From Candidatus Bathyarchaeota archaeon (GTDB taxonomy: Archaea > Thermoproteota > Bathyarchaeia > Bathyarchaeales > Bathycorpusculaceae): DNA of 64,000 nucleotides. The stretch lies in contig CAWABA010000007.1 in NCBI GenBank assembly GCA_963780185.1, positions 1 to 64,000 of the forward strand, in the 5' to 3' direction. This document shows, piece after piece, positions 49,632 to 60,362 of the stretch (positions are counted from its first letter, which is position 1; each line of letters begins with the position of its first letter). The notes below the pieces were generated by a model. That model saw only the letters and a list, made by a program, of their open reading frames with translations. It did no database searches and was not told the DNA's origin. Position numbers and translations under genes: made by a program.

Positions 49632-50698
49632 TCGATTTTGGCGTCCAAAACAACCTGAGATTCGAAGGGCGCAGTTTCACGAACACTTCTCGCGCATAGA
49701 AAAGCTTCCACTTTTCTACCCGATTTCTCAACGGCGCCTGAAAAACGAAGTTTCAGGTTTTCCACCGTGTCGGGTAGTCGGACAAAACCGTAAAAGTGGA
49801 TCACTCCGCCCTTGGGCTTAACGGCTTGGCAAGCGGCTTGGACAAACTCTATGGCTGTTTCAGGCAGATTCATTATAACCCTGTCAGCTGAGCCCTTAAG
49901 CTTGGTTTCCGTGAGTTGCCTCGCGTCGCCTAGGATGGGGAAAACGCGGTTTTCAACCCTGTTAACCCTGACATTGACCTTGAGCAGCTCAACGGCTTCT
50001 GGATTAATGTCAACAGCGAAAACCCGAACGCCTGGGTTCCTTTTTCCGATGAGCACTGAGAAGGGGCCAACCCCAGCGAACAGATCCACCACGGTTTCGC
50101 CCTCCTGCACAAGTGAAGCCACACGCATATGCTCATTCGAAAGCCTAGGCGAAAAATACGCTTTGCCCAAGTCAACATGGTACTGGCACCCGAATTCCCT
50201 GTGAATCGTGTGGGTTTTTTGTTCTCCAGCGATAAAAGTGAATTCACGCACACGAAACGTCCCAGTTATTGCACCTGCCTTCGCAAGCACGGTCTTGATG
50301 TTTCTGTGGGTTTTTATGATTGCTTCGCCTACGGGTTTCTCGTAGGGTTTGAGTTCAGGCGGAATTTCAACGACGGCGATGTCGCCTACAATGTCTAAGG
50401 CTTGAGGCAGAGTAGCCAGTAGATGAGGCGGCAGGGATGCTTCGAGGGTTTGGATGAGGGTTGGCGCCGTCGCCCTTTTTTGAGTGAATGAGCCTTTCTC
50501 AAGTTGGAACTCGGGAACTTGGCTCCTTAGTTTTGCCAACTCGTTTTCTTCAAGTTCGCGAACCAGCGGGATGCAAAGGTTCTTTTCGTCTCGGTGAATC
50601 TCCAACGTTTTGTCCAGCACCCCGAGTTTGCTGGCTAACGCTATTGCGGCTTCGCCCCTCTGTTTCGGAATTCTTATGCAAACGGCTGTTCTCTGCAT
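49628..50698 (-). CDS. trm5: Trm5-family tRNA methyltransferase
   Basis: YFSPRL, DLFAGVGPF, DINP, IMNLP. Confidence 0.88.
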   Translation of the reverse strand: MQRTAVCIRIPKQRGEAAIALASKLGVLDKTLEIHRDEKNLCIPLVRELEENELAKLRSQVPEFQLEKGSFTQKRATAPTLIQTLEASLPPHLLATLPQALDIVGDIAVVEIPPELKPYEKPVGEAIIKTHRNIKTVLAKAGAITGTFRVREFTFIAGEQKTHTIHREFGCQYHVDLGKAYFSPRLSNEHMRVASLVQEGETVVDLFAGVGPFSVLIGKRNPGVRVFAVDINPEAVELLKVNVRVNRVENRVFPILGDARQLTETKLKGSADRVIMNLPETAIEFVQAACQAVKPKGGVIHFYGFVRLPDTVENLKLRFSGAVEKSGRKVEAFLCARSVRETAPFESQVVLDAKID

Positions 50699-50702
50699 GG
50701 TA

Positions 50703-51782
50703 TCAGCTGCACTTTTCTATCCTGTAGAGGTTGTTTACTTTTTGAGTGGTGAATTTAACGTTTAACATTTTTTCCATCAGCCAAATGTTGGATTCAATGT
50801 GTTCTGTGATTGTTCTGGCTAGCAAGATTGATTTGCCCCGCGTCAGCGCCATGTAGGGATTAAGCATGTCAGCTAAGAAAACGTCGACAGTTGGCTTTGC
50901 AGACAACTCTGCGACGAGCTTTTCCGCAGCCTCGTTTCCGACAGCCTCTGCCGTTTTGCGTAATTCACCGATTGCGTCGGCGCCTATAATCATGCCACTG
51001 TCGGTCTTCGCCCATAGGACTATTGAGCTTCCCTTCTGAAAACGGTTCGACTCATCATTCACAACCTCTATATCAGCGCTGTAGCCCTTTCGTGACAGGA
51101 AATCTTGCGCCGCCTTCGCCTGCCGCTCTGCAACCTGTCGGTCAGCCAAGAAAGTGCAGACGGAAACGCCGCTTACGCTTTCTATTTTGCCAAAATTCTC
51201 CAAGATAATGGGTTTTAGCGTTGGGTTTGGCTTAACGGTAAGTGTGGCTTCACCCATCCCCTTCGGGTAGTAGCCGTATTTCTGAACAGATATCTCCGAT
51301 TCGACACCCATATAGGCAAGCGTCGGCAGAAACACATTTCGCATGTAGTTAATCGTCGGCGCGTGGGTGGTATCTGTTCCCCCCTTTGCAACATGCAAGC
51401 GAACGGGTGAGTCTGCAAACAAACATATTGGCATCACCGCCAAAAGCAGCATCGGGATGCTTCCAGCCGTCTCAATTACTGCTTCGATGTTGCCGCCTCT
51501 TATTTGCTGAGGTGTAAACCAAAGCTCTCTTGAACCCAAAGCGGCACCCTGCACCTTCGCATCGCACAGTTTGGCTGCCGTTAGCACGGCTTCAAGATGC
51601 TGAGGTTTCAAGCCGGGTTGAGGACGGCTCTGCCTGATATTGTAAATATGCAGTGGCTGATTTGCGATGGCTGCCAAGGCTACTGAGAGGCGAAGAATCG
51701 TGCCGCTGCCGCTTTTTTGGCTCCCATCAATTTCAATCATGCCGTTTTCCTGCTGAATCTTAGCTGAAGTTTGAGGTTGCAA
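50703..51782 (-). CDS. rtcA: RNA 3'-terminal phosphate cyclase
   Basis: IDGS..GSGTILR, PGLKPQH, GGTD, GYYPKG, TEH. Confidence 0.93.
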   Translation of the reverse strand: MQPQTSAKIQQENGMIEIDGSQKSGSGTILRLSVALAAIANQPLHIYNIRQSRPQPGLKPQHLEAVLTAAKLCDAKVQGAALGSRELWFTPQQIRGGNIEAVIETAGSIPMLLLAVMPICLFADSPVRLHVAKGGTDTTHAPTINYMRNVFLPTLAYMGVESEISVQKYGYYPKGMGEATLTVKPNPTLKPIILENFGKIESVSGVSVCTFLADRQVAERQAKAAQDFLSRKGYSADIEVVNDESNRFQKGSSIVLWAKTDSGMIIGADAIGELRKTAEAVGNEAAEKLVAELSAKPTVDVFLADMLNPYMALTRGKSILLARTITEHIESNIWLMEKMLNVKFTTQKVNNLYRIEKCS

Positions 51783-51835
51783 ACAATTAATAAGCTTCTT
51801 GGGGTTATTTAGGAGTTTAAAGGGGAGCGTTAGAT

Positions 51836-52249
51836 ATGAGCACTGACAAAGAAAAGCTAAATGAACTCGTCGGCAAGGTTGAGGAGCTTACCGTAAAATT
51901 AGCCAAGGTTTCTGAAGAGTTGAAATCGGTTTCCACATCGCTAAAATCTCTCGCAACAGGCCAAACCAACCATCCAGCGCCACCACCTACCCAAGCGACG
52001 CCACCTCCAGCTGCACCAGCAACAGGGCAAAAACTGAGAACGCTCGACGACATCCGCATGTCTTTCCCCGAGGAATTAGAAAGCCTACTGGGCTTCGAGG
52101 AAAAAGGCGACTACATAATAATCAAACTGATGGGTTTTCTTGGCTCCGAGAAATTTGCGAAAATCGCGTCAGCGGTCCGAGGTATGGGCGGAGAATACAT
52201 CAGCGCAGGCAAAGAGTCACATTTCAGGGTCCCCAAGAAAAAAGCGTAA
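51836..52249 (+). CDS. Conserved hypothetical protein
   Basis: Coiled-coil, Pro-rich linker and GGEYISAGK domain. Confidence 0.7.
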   Translation: MSTDKEKLNELVGKVEELTVKLAKVSEELKSVSTSLKSLATGQTNHPAPPPTQATPPPAAPATGQKLRTLDDIRMSFPEELESLLGFEEKGDYIIIKLMGFLGSEKFAKIASAVRGMGGEYISAGKESHFRVPKKKA

Positions 52250-52258
52250 GTGAACTTC

Positions 52259-52795
52259 CTACGTCAGGTCTTTTCCAAGTTTGAACGCTTCCATAAGCGT
52301 CTGAGGCTGCTCTTTTACTTCTGCCCTTCCCGAAGCTTTCGGCAGCAATTTTCCAACTAAATCCACGCCTAAATACTTGAAGGACAGCTTAAACATGCCA
52401 ACAGCGAATTTGCATGCGTCTGCTCCCTCCTCGGAAGGAATCACTAAAACCGCTCTTTTCCCTTTCAGCTTTCCCGACGCCACGAATGGACGCAGTCTAT
52501 CCAACAGAAGCTTCATCTTCGCCGTGGGTCCGTACCAGTACAGCGGGGTTCCGAAAACTATAACGTCGGCTTCTTCCAGCTTTCGGTAAAGCGTCTGCAT
52601 GTCGTCGCCAAGTGCGCATTTGTAGTTGCCTGTTTTGCATGCCTTGCAGTCCACGCAGGGCGCAATGTCAACGTTATAGAGGTAAACCTTGCTTGCACTG
52701 TGATTGTTTGCTGCCGCGCCTTCTATGATCGCGTTCACAAGCAGGTCAGTGTTGCTGCCTTTTCGTGGGCTGCCGACTAAAGCCAGTATATTCAC
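52259..52795 (-). CDS. Iron-sulfur flavoprotein / NAD(P)H-dependent FMN reductase
   Basis: GSPRKGSNT, CxxCxxC, GTPLYW. Confidence 0.88.
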   Translation of the reverse strand: MNILALVGSPRKGSNTDLLVNAIIEGAAANNHSASKVYLYNVDIAPCVDCKACKTGNYKCALGDDMQTLYRKLEEADVIVFGTPLYWYGPTAKMKLLLDRLRPFVASGKLKGKRAVLVIPSEEGADACKFAVGMFKLSFKYLGVDLVGKLLPKASGRAEVKEQPQTLMEAFKLGKDLT

Positions 52796-52857
52796 GAATA
52801 TCGCCTCGTTTCACATAGATCGAAGCCTCAAATTTAAAGATGCACAACCAGCGTCGG

Positions 52858-53136
52858 CTAGTAGGCAACGTTAAAATTTCTAAATTCACCCGAAGCCTTC
52901 TCAAATTCTACCGCAACATTCGTTACCTGAGCGCCACCTGGACCCTTCTTGCAGAAATCCACCAACGCGTTTACGTCGGCTGCTTCGCCTTCAAAAACCG
53001 CTTCCACCCTGCCATCCTCCAAGTTACGAACCCAACCCCGAACCCCACGGCTTTCCGCCTGCCGCTTAGTTTTTTGCCTAAAGAAAACCCCTTGAACCAA
53101 GCCGCTGACAAACACATGCGCCCTAACGTTAGCCAT
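52858..53136 (-). CDS. acyP: Acylphosphatase
   Basis: GLVQGVFFR, GWVRN. Confidence 0.95.
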   Translation of the reverse strand: MANVRAHVFVSGLVQGVFFRQKTKRQAESRGVRGWVRNLEDGRVEAVFEGEAADVNALVDFCKKGPGGAQVTNVAVEFEKASGEFRNFNVAY

Positions 53137-53210
53137 GAATCTTACTCAAATTATACTGATTTGACCAAATTTAAAAATCTAATCAAGAAAAAAGGAAAAG
53201 AAAGCTGAGT

Positions 53211-53693
53211 TTACCACATTTTGATTTTTTCGCCCACGGTGTACAAGAATAGGCTAGCTGAGGGTGCGCCGATGTGTTTGAATTTGCTGGTTAGGTCTTT
53301 TACTGCTGCGTCGTAGTTGTTGGATTTGTCTAAGCTGTCTATGTAGGCTTGGAAGGATCCGAAGTGTTCTTTTATGGCTTTGAATCCTTGTGCGTTGTAG
53401 ATGATTGCTTCGACTTTGGATCGGTTCCGAACTATGCCTTCATCCTTCAAGAGGCGTTCAACGTCTGAGGCGGTGAAGCATGCAACTTTGTCTATGTTAA
53501 AATTCGCAAAAGCCCTCCGTGTTGTCGGCCACTTGTTGTCGATTACATGCCAGTTTAAGCCTTCTTGAAAAATCACTCGGCACATGTTCTCAAAGTAGGT
53601 TTCGTCGTTGGCTGGGCGGCTTCCTCGGTACCACCAATCGGGCATCTGCCAATGTTGCTCTTGCATGAAATTAACTCCGAAGTTTACTTCCAT
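53211..53693 (-). CDS. tag: DNA-3-methyladenine glycosylase I-like (likely start ~53666)
   Basis: FQEGLNW, RRAFANF, GIVRNRSKVEA. Confidence 0.8.
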   Translation of the reverse strand: MEVNFGVNFMQEQHWQMPDWWYRGSRPANDETYFENMCRVIFQEGLNWHVIDNKWPTTRRAFANFNIDKVACFTASDVERLLKDEGIVRNRSKVEAIIYNAQGFKAIKEHFGSFQAYIDSLDKSNNYDAAVKDLTSKFKHIGAPSASLFLYTVGEKIKMW

Positions 53694-54130
53694 TCCCAGA
53701 TTGTAATGTTAAGTTCGGTCCACATTGGGTCTGTCGATTCAAAAGTGACAACCGCTATCGTGTCGTTGAGCCAGCCTAGCTTTTCTGACATTGTCATGAA
53801 CGTCCACAACCCTACGCTTGTCGGGTTCTTGCTTGGTGTCATCATCTTCATCAGAGAAACTCCTTTCACTATTCCCATGTCGCCAGTCATCGTCATGAGC
53901 ATTCCCTGGTCTTTAGACCAAGCTACGCCTTTAGGCGGAGTCATGCTCTTACCCGTCACGTTTAACATGCAATCTACTCCTTTAGCTTTCCCCGTGCCTT
54001 TCATCTGAGCCGTCCACGTGTAGACCTGAGTAACGCCTTCCATTCCGACTGATTTTATGAAGCCTGCGCCACTTTTTCCTTTGCCTTCCCAAAGTTTTTC
54101 GCCAATCGCCATTTTTTTCACCTCACACAT
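53684..54130 (-). CDS. Hypothetical protein
   Basis: 148-aa beta-rich ORF; GAGGTGA Shine-Dalgarno before MAIGE. Confidence 0.7.
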   Translation of the reverse strand: MCEVKKMAIGEKLWEGKGKSGAGFIKSVGMEGVTQVYTWTAQMKGTGKAKGVDCMLNVTGKSMTPPKGVAWSKDQGMLMTMTGDMGIVKGVSLMKMMTPSKNPTSVGLWTFMTMSEKLGWLNDTIAVVTFESTDPMWTELNITIWEWK

Positions 54131-54281
54131 AGACTCTCCCTTTTATTTTGAATTTAAGCACTTGTGGTTGCCTGTACACTACAACACTTTAGGCATTTTG
54201 CGCCCTTCACTTTCAGTTACCCCTCTCCTACCCCAAACAGTCGCTTCATAGCTTTCTTTAAAAGAAGTTTAGGCGGAATGG

Positions 54282-54635
54282 ATGCTGGAGACTGTTATGT
54301 TCAAAGAAACCAACGGGAAACTGATGATTTACGCCTCAAGCGGCGCACCCCACCGGAAACGGTTAGAGTCAGTTACAACTGCCACACAGCAGACAGCTAA
54401 ACGGCTAAAACTAAACTTCGAAATGAAAAAGCTCCATGGACCTGCAACGCCGATCTACGTTTACTATGAAGATGACGGCGACGATGAGCCTATCCCGCTT
54501 TACTGTGATGAAGGAAAATTGTCTGGTTTAGACGAGATAAGCTCAACTTTGAGAAGCATGATGTTTGTTCTGTCTTTCCATCCTAAGCATGCTGCGCTGC
54601 GGCACATGAGGAAAGAAATTCTTAAACTTTCCTAA
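54282..54635 (+). CDS. Conserved hypothetical protein
   Basis: 117-aa ORF filling the intergenic space. Confidence 0.65.
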   Translation: MLETVMFKETNGKLMIYASSGAPHRKRLESVTTATQQTAKRLKLNFEMKKLHGPATPIYVYYEDDGDDEPIPLYCDEGKLSGLDEISSTLRSMMFVLSFHPKHAALRHMRKEILKLS

Positions 54636-54945
54636 AGCTAATCGCTTGATTTTGCAATGCGACTTCGTAGACTTGGTTTACGTCGAAGCTTATTCCTAAA
54701 CTGTCGTATTCTTGCTCAGTTAGGAACAGAATGATTTTCGGCGTGGCAAGCTGGGTTTTCTGCGGCAGGAAGGGCATTTGCTGCTGTAACGCTTGCATGA
54801 TGTCCTGAGCCATCTTTGCCTCGTCAGTTTGGGGTCTTAGAACGTATGGGTTGAGTTCTCGCTCTTCCAGTAACTCGATTCTTTTTCCTAGGTTGCCGTC
54901 TAGGTCGCGGTTTGACTCGATTTTGTTGACTCTTACACGGAACAT
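54622..54945 (-). CDS. Arcadin-1-like protein
   Basis: Recalled family pattern (D.DGN.G.RIEL.EE...PKI.LFLTE.EY); not verified by search. Confidence 0.5.
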   Translation of the reverse strand: MFRVRVNKIESNRDLDGNLGKRIELLEERELNPYVLRPQTDEAKMAQDIMQALQQQMPFLPQKTQLATPKIILFLTEQEYDSLGISFDVNQVYEVALQNQAISFRKV

Positions 54946-54977
54946 TCAGGTCACTTCTTACTTAGCAGATACCATGG

Positions 54978-55439
54978 TCACACATTTAATGTTTGCACCA
55001 ACTGCAACGCAGTTTCCCTGTCAAGAAATCTTCCCGTGCCGAAACCGCGAAGGGACCCCAGAAGCTTCGAAACCTCAACGGAAGGTTTGGGACTTGCGGC
55101 TTCAACGAGGTTGCTGAACCGAATGAAAGTCATCTTTAGTCTGCCGTCAGCGAACGTTTTGTATGCGTCGAACGATTCAAAGCAGCTTTCGCCGCCGTAT
55201 TGCGCCCATAAATCCTCAACGTTCCCAGCTATACGTTCAACAAAATCGGCGGAGCCTAAAACCTGCTTCTTTCCAACCACGTAAAACAGCAGCTTCTTAG
55301 CCTGTTTAGGTCCAACCTGATTTTTCCTCACAAAAGCCTGCGCCTTAGAGGTGTCTTTGCCTTTGCGGCAGAAGGTTTCCCAATATTTTTTGTCAACAAT
55401 AAGCATGTAAGCGTAGCGTTCGTTCTCCACGTTTGCCAT
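54978..55439 (-). CDS. PUA/EVE-like domain protein
   Basis: KLLFYV...VLGSADF pattern. Confidence 0.5.
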   Translation of the reverse strand: MANVENERYAYMLIVDKKYWETFCRKGKDTSKAQAFVRKNQVGPKQAKKLLFYVVGKKQVLGSADFVERIAGNVEDLWAQYGGESCFESFDAYKTFADGRLKMTFIRFSNLVEAASPKPSVEVSKLLGSLRGFGTGRFLDRETALQLVQTLNV

Positions 55440-55502
55440 ATCAGCGATTCCTCGGATGCAACTTAAGGGAAGTTTGCAAATAACTTTTTCGTATGTTCCC
55501 CG

Positions 55503-56093
55503 CTACTCTGATGCTGGAGTAGAACCACTGTGCGTTTGCTTCTTGATTTCTTTAATTCGCTTATCGATAAGTTTTAGTTTTTCCTGCATCATTTTGAAAG
55601 CTTCGTAAGTGTGCTTTCGCTCTTGCTCTAAATATTTGAGGGTTTCTTCGCCGTCTGGCGTCTCTTTTAAGAAAGTTGTGAAGGGGGAAGGCATGTTCGG
55701 CATAACAATGATGGTCTCGATGTTGAGGACATCTCTGGCGAATTCTTGAAAAAGGTTGCGGATGTTATTGAAGATTTCAGCTTCTTTTACGATGGAGCGT
55801 CTTAGAATAAGCTCTCCTGACTCAGTGATTTTGTAAACTTTTATCTTGCGGTTTTTATTAAGCTGCCAGTCTCCTTCGATGTACCCTGATTTTTCTAAGT
55901 CGCGCAAGATAGGGTATACGCCTCCGGCGGTGGGTTGCCAAAAGCCCTTGGTGCGGCTGTTGATTTCCTTCATGATTTCATAGCCGTGGGATGGCTTCTT
56001 GTTGAGGAGGATTAGGACTCCCATGCGGATGTAGCCTTTTTGCGCTTCTTTCATCCAGTTTTCTGTTGTCTTTTCTTCAGTTTCCGAGGTCAT
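55503..56093 (-). CDS. PadR-family regulator
   Basis: HGYEIMK, GGVYPIL, YKITESG. Confidence 0.92.
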   Translation of the reverse strand: MTSETEEKTTENWMKEAQKGYIRMGVLILLNKKPSHGYEIMKEINSRTKGFWQPTAGGVYPILRDLEKSGYIEGDWQLNKNRKIKVYKITESGELILRRSIVKEAEIFNNIRNLFQEFARDVLNIETIIVMPNMPSPFTTFLKETPDGEETLKYLEQERKHTYEAFKMMQEKLKLIDKRIKEIKKQTHSGSTPASE

Positions 56094-56183
56094 TAGTTTT
56101 CAAATCTATATTGTATTTGGGTAATACTTATATTTTACCGCAATATATTGCACTGAACAATATTCAAGTATGGAGGAGCCAAA

Positions 56184-57209
56184 ATGGCAAGCGACTCGAT
56201 AATCGAAGTAAAAGAACTAACTAAAAAATTCGGCGAATTCACAGCCGTAGACGACATCTCATTTGATGTCAAAAAGGGCGAAATCTTCGGTTTACTAGGT
56301 CCTAACGGGGCTGGCAAAAGCACAACTCTGCGTATGCTCTCAACGTTGGCTCGCCCGACAAAGGGAACCGCAATAATAGGCGGCTACGACATCGTTAAAA
56401 ACGACACAAAAGTTCGCACCCTAATCGGCATAGTCTCAGAAAAAATGATTATGTACAACCGCTTAACCGCGAAGGAGAACCTGTGGTTTTTCGGCAGCCT
56501 CTTTAACATACCCAAAGATGTTTTAACCAAACGCATCGACGATCTCCTCGAACTGGTACAACTGACCAAGTGGAAAAACGCGCAGGTTGGCACTTTTTCA
56601 ACTGGCATGCGGCAGAGAATGAACGTGATTCGGGCGCTGCTTAACTTGCCTCAAGTGCTGTTTTTGGATGAGCCAACTTTAGGTTTAGATCCACAATCAT
56701 CGGTTGAAATTCGAGAATTCATAAGAAAACTCAACAAAGAAAACGGCACAACAGTTGTCTTAACCACCCACATGATGGTTGACGCTGACTTACTATGTGA
56801 CCGAATAGCCATTGTTGACCACGGCAAAATCGTGGCGCTTGACACTTCACCTAACCTCAAGAAGATTATCAATGGAGCAGATACATCTGTGATAAAACTG
56901 ACCGTACCTAATCTTTCTGCGCCTCTTGTAGCAAAAGTCCGGGCGCTTGGATGCGCAGACGCTGTTACCCAAGAGTCACCCACTGAACTCAAAATTCTAG
57001 GCCACGGCGTCGACGCCTTCGACGACATAATCGACGCCATACGGGCGAACGGCGGAAAAATAAGTTCCATGGAAAACCTGCAGCCAACCCTTGAAGACGT
57101 GTTCCTACACATTACTGGTCATCAAGTGCGAGACAGCGCAACTGAGAAGATTCCTATGGAGCAGGGGGGTCCTCAACGTTTTGGCCGAGCGCCAAATAGG
57201 ATACGGTGA
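56184..57209 (+). CDS. ABC exporter ATP-binding subunit (DrrA-like)
   Basis: GPNGAGKS, FSTGM, LDEPT, LEDVF. Confidence 0.93.
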   Translation: MASDSIIEVKELTKKFGEFTAVDDISFDVKKGEIFGLLGPNGAGKSTTLRMLSTLARPTKGTAIIGGYDIVKNDTKVRTLIGIVSEKMIMYNRLTAKENLWFFGSLFNIPKDVLTKRIDDLLELVQLTKWKNAQVGTFSTGMRQRMNVIRALLNLPQVLFLDEPTLGLDPQSSVEIREFIRKLNKENGTTVVLTTHMMVDADLLCDRIAIVDHGKIVALDTSPNLKKIINGADTSVIKLTVPNLSAPLVAKVRALGCADAVTQESPTELKILGHGVDAFDDIIDAIRANGGKISSMENLQPTLEDVFLHITGHQVRDSATEKIPMEQGGPQRFGRAPNRIR

Positions 57210-58414
57210 TTGATATGACTGCAAAAGGCATTATTTCTCATTCATTCAGAATCGCTTGGAAAGACCTGACTGAACTGTTCCGTAATCGACTTGGCTTGGT
57301 GCTGCTAATTGTGATGCCGTTGTTTATGATGGCTATGATTGGCTTTATCTATCCATCCAGCAACACCACAATAAGCAATATGCCTGTCGGCTTGGTGAAT
57401 CAGGATTCAGGATTCAATGGCGTAACTCAGCCAAGCCAATTCTTCAACAGTACATTGTATGGCATCAATAGTCAAACTCACATGCTGAAGCTTTCAATCT
57501 CCACAAGCATAGACGACATCAAATCTGATATTAAGAACAGCAAAATAGACGGCGGCATAATCATACCCAGCAACTTCTCAACCTGTATGATGAACGGAGA
57601 ACAAGGAACACTAATCATCATTACGGACCAGTCTAACCCGACGGTTTCCGCTGAACTGCAGGGCGCTTTGACAGGTGTTTTCGACGAGATGGGTACGGTT
57701 CTCGCACAGCATAACGTTCAGGGACTCTCAGCAGCCATAACAGCTAACGAGTCTCTGGCAGTAGTGCAACCCTACAACGTTAAAACGGAAGGGGTTGTCT
57801 CTGGAAACCCAAGTTACTTCAACTTCATTGCGCCAGGCATGGTTATGTTGACGGTTATGATGAGTGTCATGACTGGGTTGCCTGTGGCGATTTCTATGGA
57901 GCGGGAAGTCGGCACCATGGACGGCATGATGGTTGCCCCAATCAACCGGCTCTCCATCATCTTAGGCAAATCTATCGGGCAAACAGTCCGTGGTCTGCTT
58001 CAGGGAGTCATAATATTGGCTTTGGCTCTGGGAATATTCGGTGTTGTGATTCATGGAAGCATAATCATTGTGGCTGCGCTTCTGCTGTTAGGTGTGTTCT
58101 CGTTCGTTGGCTTAGGCATTGTGATGACTACGCTGGCTAAAGACCAAGAAACCGCGCAAATGATGATGATGACACTGATGTTTCCAATGATGTTCCTCAG
58201 CGGCGTGATGTTCCCACTGCAACAGATGCCATGGTACATGCAAGACATAGCCAAGTTCCTGCCGCTAACCTATGCTGCCGACGCCATGCGAAAAGTCATG
58301 GTGCTGGGCGCAGGGGTACCCGCCATCTCAACTGACCTAATAATCCTCATCGCGTTCGGCGCAATCATGATTGCAATCGCGGTTCCGCTGTTCAGAAGAA
58401 TGATGACACGGTAA
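57206..58414 (+). CDS. ABC-2 type permease
   Basis: EREVGT, FLSGVMFP, PLTY; multi-TM. Confidence 0.92.
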   Translation: MIDMTAKGIISHSFRIAWKDLTELFRNRLGLVLLIVMPLFMMAMIGFIYPSSNTTISNMPVGLVNQDSGFNGVTQPSQFFNSTLYGINSQTHMLKLSISTSIDDIKSDIKNSKIDGGIIIPSNFSTCMMNGEQGTLIIITDQSNPTVSAELQGALTGVFDEMGTVLAQHNVQGLSAAITANESLAVVQPYNVKTEGVVSGNPSYFNFIAPGMVMLTVMMSVMTGLPVAISMEREVGTMDGMMVAPINRLSIILGKSIGQTVRGLLQGVIILALALGIFGVVIHGSIIIVAALLLLGVFSFVGLGIVMTTLAKDQETAQMMMMTLMFPMMFLSGVMFPLQQMPWYMQDIAKFLPLTYAADAMRKVMVLGAGVPAISTDLIILIAFGAIMIAIAVPLFRRMMTR

Positions 58415-58678
58415 GCGGAGGCACATACACGAGTACACTATGCAACAAATGCCCCTTCTTCGGGTTCGCCCCAATAATAAGACGCAAGAACGCACGCAAA
58501 AGATGCCGCATCGAACCGCAGAGGCAACTGCGAATCTTCGAGTGCAAAGACTACCCTAAAAGAGAAAACCGCCGCTGAAAACGCGGTTTTTCCCGAATTT
58601 TTGAACTATTTTTTTGTGTCGTTTCCGTTACGGTTTTATATTCTGTAGCTGTAAAGACAGCGAAGAGTGGATACGTAA

Positions 58679-60121
58679 ATGTCTGATACTGGGGTCACCG
58701 TAAAGAAAGCAGATGACTTCTCTGAATGGTATGTGGAAGTCATCATGAAAGCTGGGTTTGCAGATTACGCGCCCGTCAAAGGCTGCATGATTATCCGCGA
58801 AGACGCCTACGCGATTTGGGAGAAAATCCAGGAAACATTCAACCAAAAAATCAAGGCGACAGGTCACCGCAACGTGTATTTCCCACTTTTCATCCCTGAA
58901 AGCCTCCTCAAAAAAGAGGCGGCGCACTTTGAGGGTTTTACGCCTGAAGTCGCTTGGATTAGCCATGGCGGCGACACGGAACTCGAGGAGAGGGTGGCTG
59001 TTAGACCGACTAGCGAAACCATAATGTACGCTACATTCGCCAAGTGGATTCGTAGCTGGCGCGACCTGCCCGTCAAAATCAACCAGTGGTGCAACATCGT
59101 GCGGTGGGAAACAAAATCCACCAGGCTTTTCCTGCGGACAAGAGAGTTCCTCTGGCAGGAAGGACACACAGCCCACGCCACCAAAGAGGAAGCCGAAGCA
59201 GAAGTCATGTATGCACTCGGCGAGTACAGGAACATAATGGAGAATTACCTCGCCATCCCCGTTATCGGAGGAGTCAAGAGCGAAAGCGAAAAGTTTGCTG
59301 GGGCAGTTTACACTACGTCGTTGGAGGCAATGATGCCTGACGGCAAAGCGTTGCAGATGGGAACCAGCCACAACCTGGGGCAGAACTTCGCAAAAGTCTT
59401 CGACGTCAAATACATCGGCGAAGACAAGCAGGACCATCTTGTGTGGCAAACCAGCTGGGGCATCAGCACAAGGCTGCTGGGAGCGATGGTTATGGTCCAC
59501 GGTGACGACAAAGGCTTAGTTTTCCCACCTAAAGTCGCACCGACCCAAGTGGTTGTTGTTCCAATTCCCTTCAAAGGACCCGAAGCCGCACTGGTAATTG
59601 CCAAAGCTAAAGAAATCGCGGAAAATCTCAAAGCAAAAGGATTCAGTGTCATCTTGGACGACCGAGAAGAATACACGCCTGGCTGGAAATTTCATCAGTG
59701 GGAACTCAAAGGCGTCCCAGTCAGAGTAGAAATTGGTCCACGGGACCTCAAACAAGGGCAAGCCGTACTGGTCAGGCGGGACACTGGTCAAAAAGTCCCA
59801 GTTAAAGAAGCAGACATCCCAGCAGCCGCGGAGAAGCTTCTGCAGGAAATTCAAGAAAACCTGTTCGCGAAAGCCAAAGCTTTGCTGCAAGAGAGCACCC
59901 ACACTGTGAGCGGCTACGAGGAATTCAAGAAAGTACTCTGTGACAAGGGCGGCTTTTTGAAGGCGGCTTGGTGCGGCAGCGCAGAATGTGAAGCCAAGAT
60001 TAAAGAAGAGACAGGCGCAACCATCAGGGTGTTGCCGTTCGAGAAAGAAGAGTTGAAAGGCGACTGCGTTTACTGCGGGCAGAAAGCTAAGGATACAGTG
60101 TACTTTGCACGGTCATATTGA
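58679..60121 (+). CDS. proS: Proline-tRNA ligase (archaeal/eukaryal type)
   Basis: RPTSET, FLRTREFLWQEGH, GTSHNLGQNF, C-terminal ARSY. Confidence 0.97.
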   Translation: MSDTGVTVKKADDFSEWYVEVIMKAGFADYAPVKGCMIIREDAYAIWEKIQETFNQKIKATGHRNVYFPLFIPESLLKKEAAHFEGFTPEVAWISHGGDTELEERVAVRPTSETIMYATFAKWIRSWRDLPVKINQWCNIVRWETKSTRLFLRTREFLWQEGHTAHATKEEAEAEVMYALGEYRNIMENYLAIPVIGGVKSESEKFAGAVYTTSLEAMMPDGKALQMGTSHNLGQNFAKVFDVKYIGEDKQDHLVWQTSWGISTRLLGAMVMVHGDDKGLVFPPKVAPTQVVVVPIPFKGPEAALVIAKAKEIAENLKAKGFSVILDDREEYTPGWKFHQWELKGVPVRVEIGPRDLKQGQAVLVRRDTGQKVPVKEADIPAAAEKLLQEIQENLFAKAKALLQESTHTVSGYEEFKKVLCDKGGFLKAAWCGSAECEAKIKEETGATIRVLPFEKEELKGDCVYCGQKAKDTVYFARSY

Positions 60122-60362
60122 CCGCGGGTTCACTTCGGGAGTTACCGTTTGCCCCAGGATGCTTAGCCTCTTCGCCTAAACCCAGCCGATCCAACATCCC
60201 TTGTCCTCATTCCTCGTTTATATCAGCCTCTTTTTCGGCAGTAATTACCCAACATGCCATTCACCAGAAACAAATTATTCGGTACGAGAACCAAAAAATA
60301 AAAAATCTGCTGAAAGGCAAAAGAGGGCTTTTCAACAGAGAAAGAAAAGGAGAGGTTAATCC

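Noticed and set aside
58628-59500. 290-aa minus-strand ORF
   Set aside because: Antisense shadow of proS; the same applies to the many antisense ORFs over nadC, cdc48, truD and trm5
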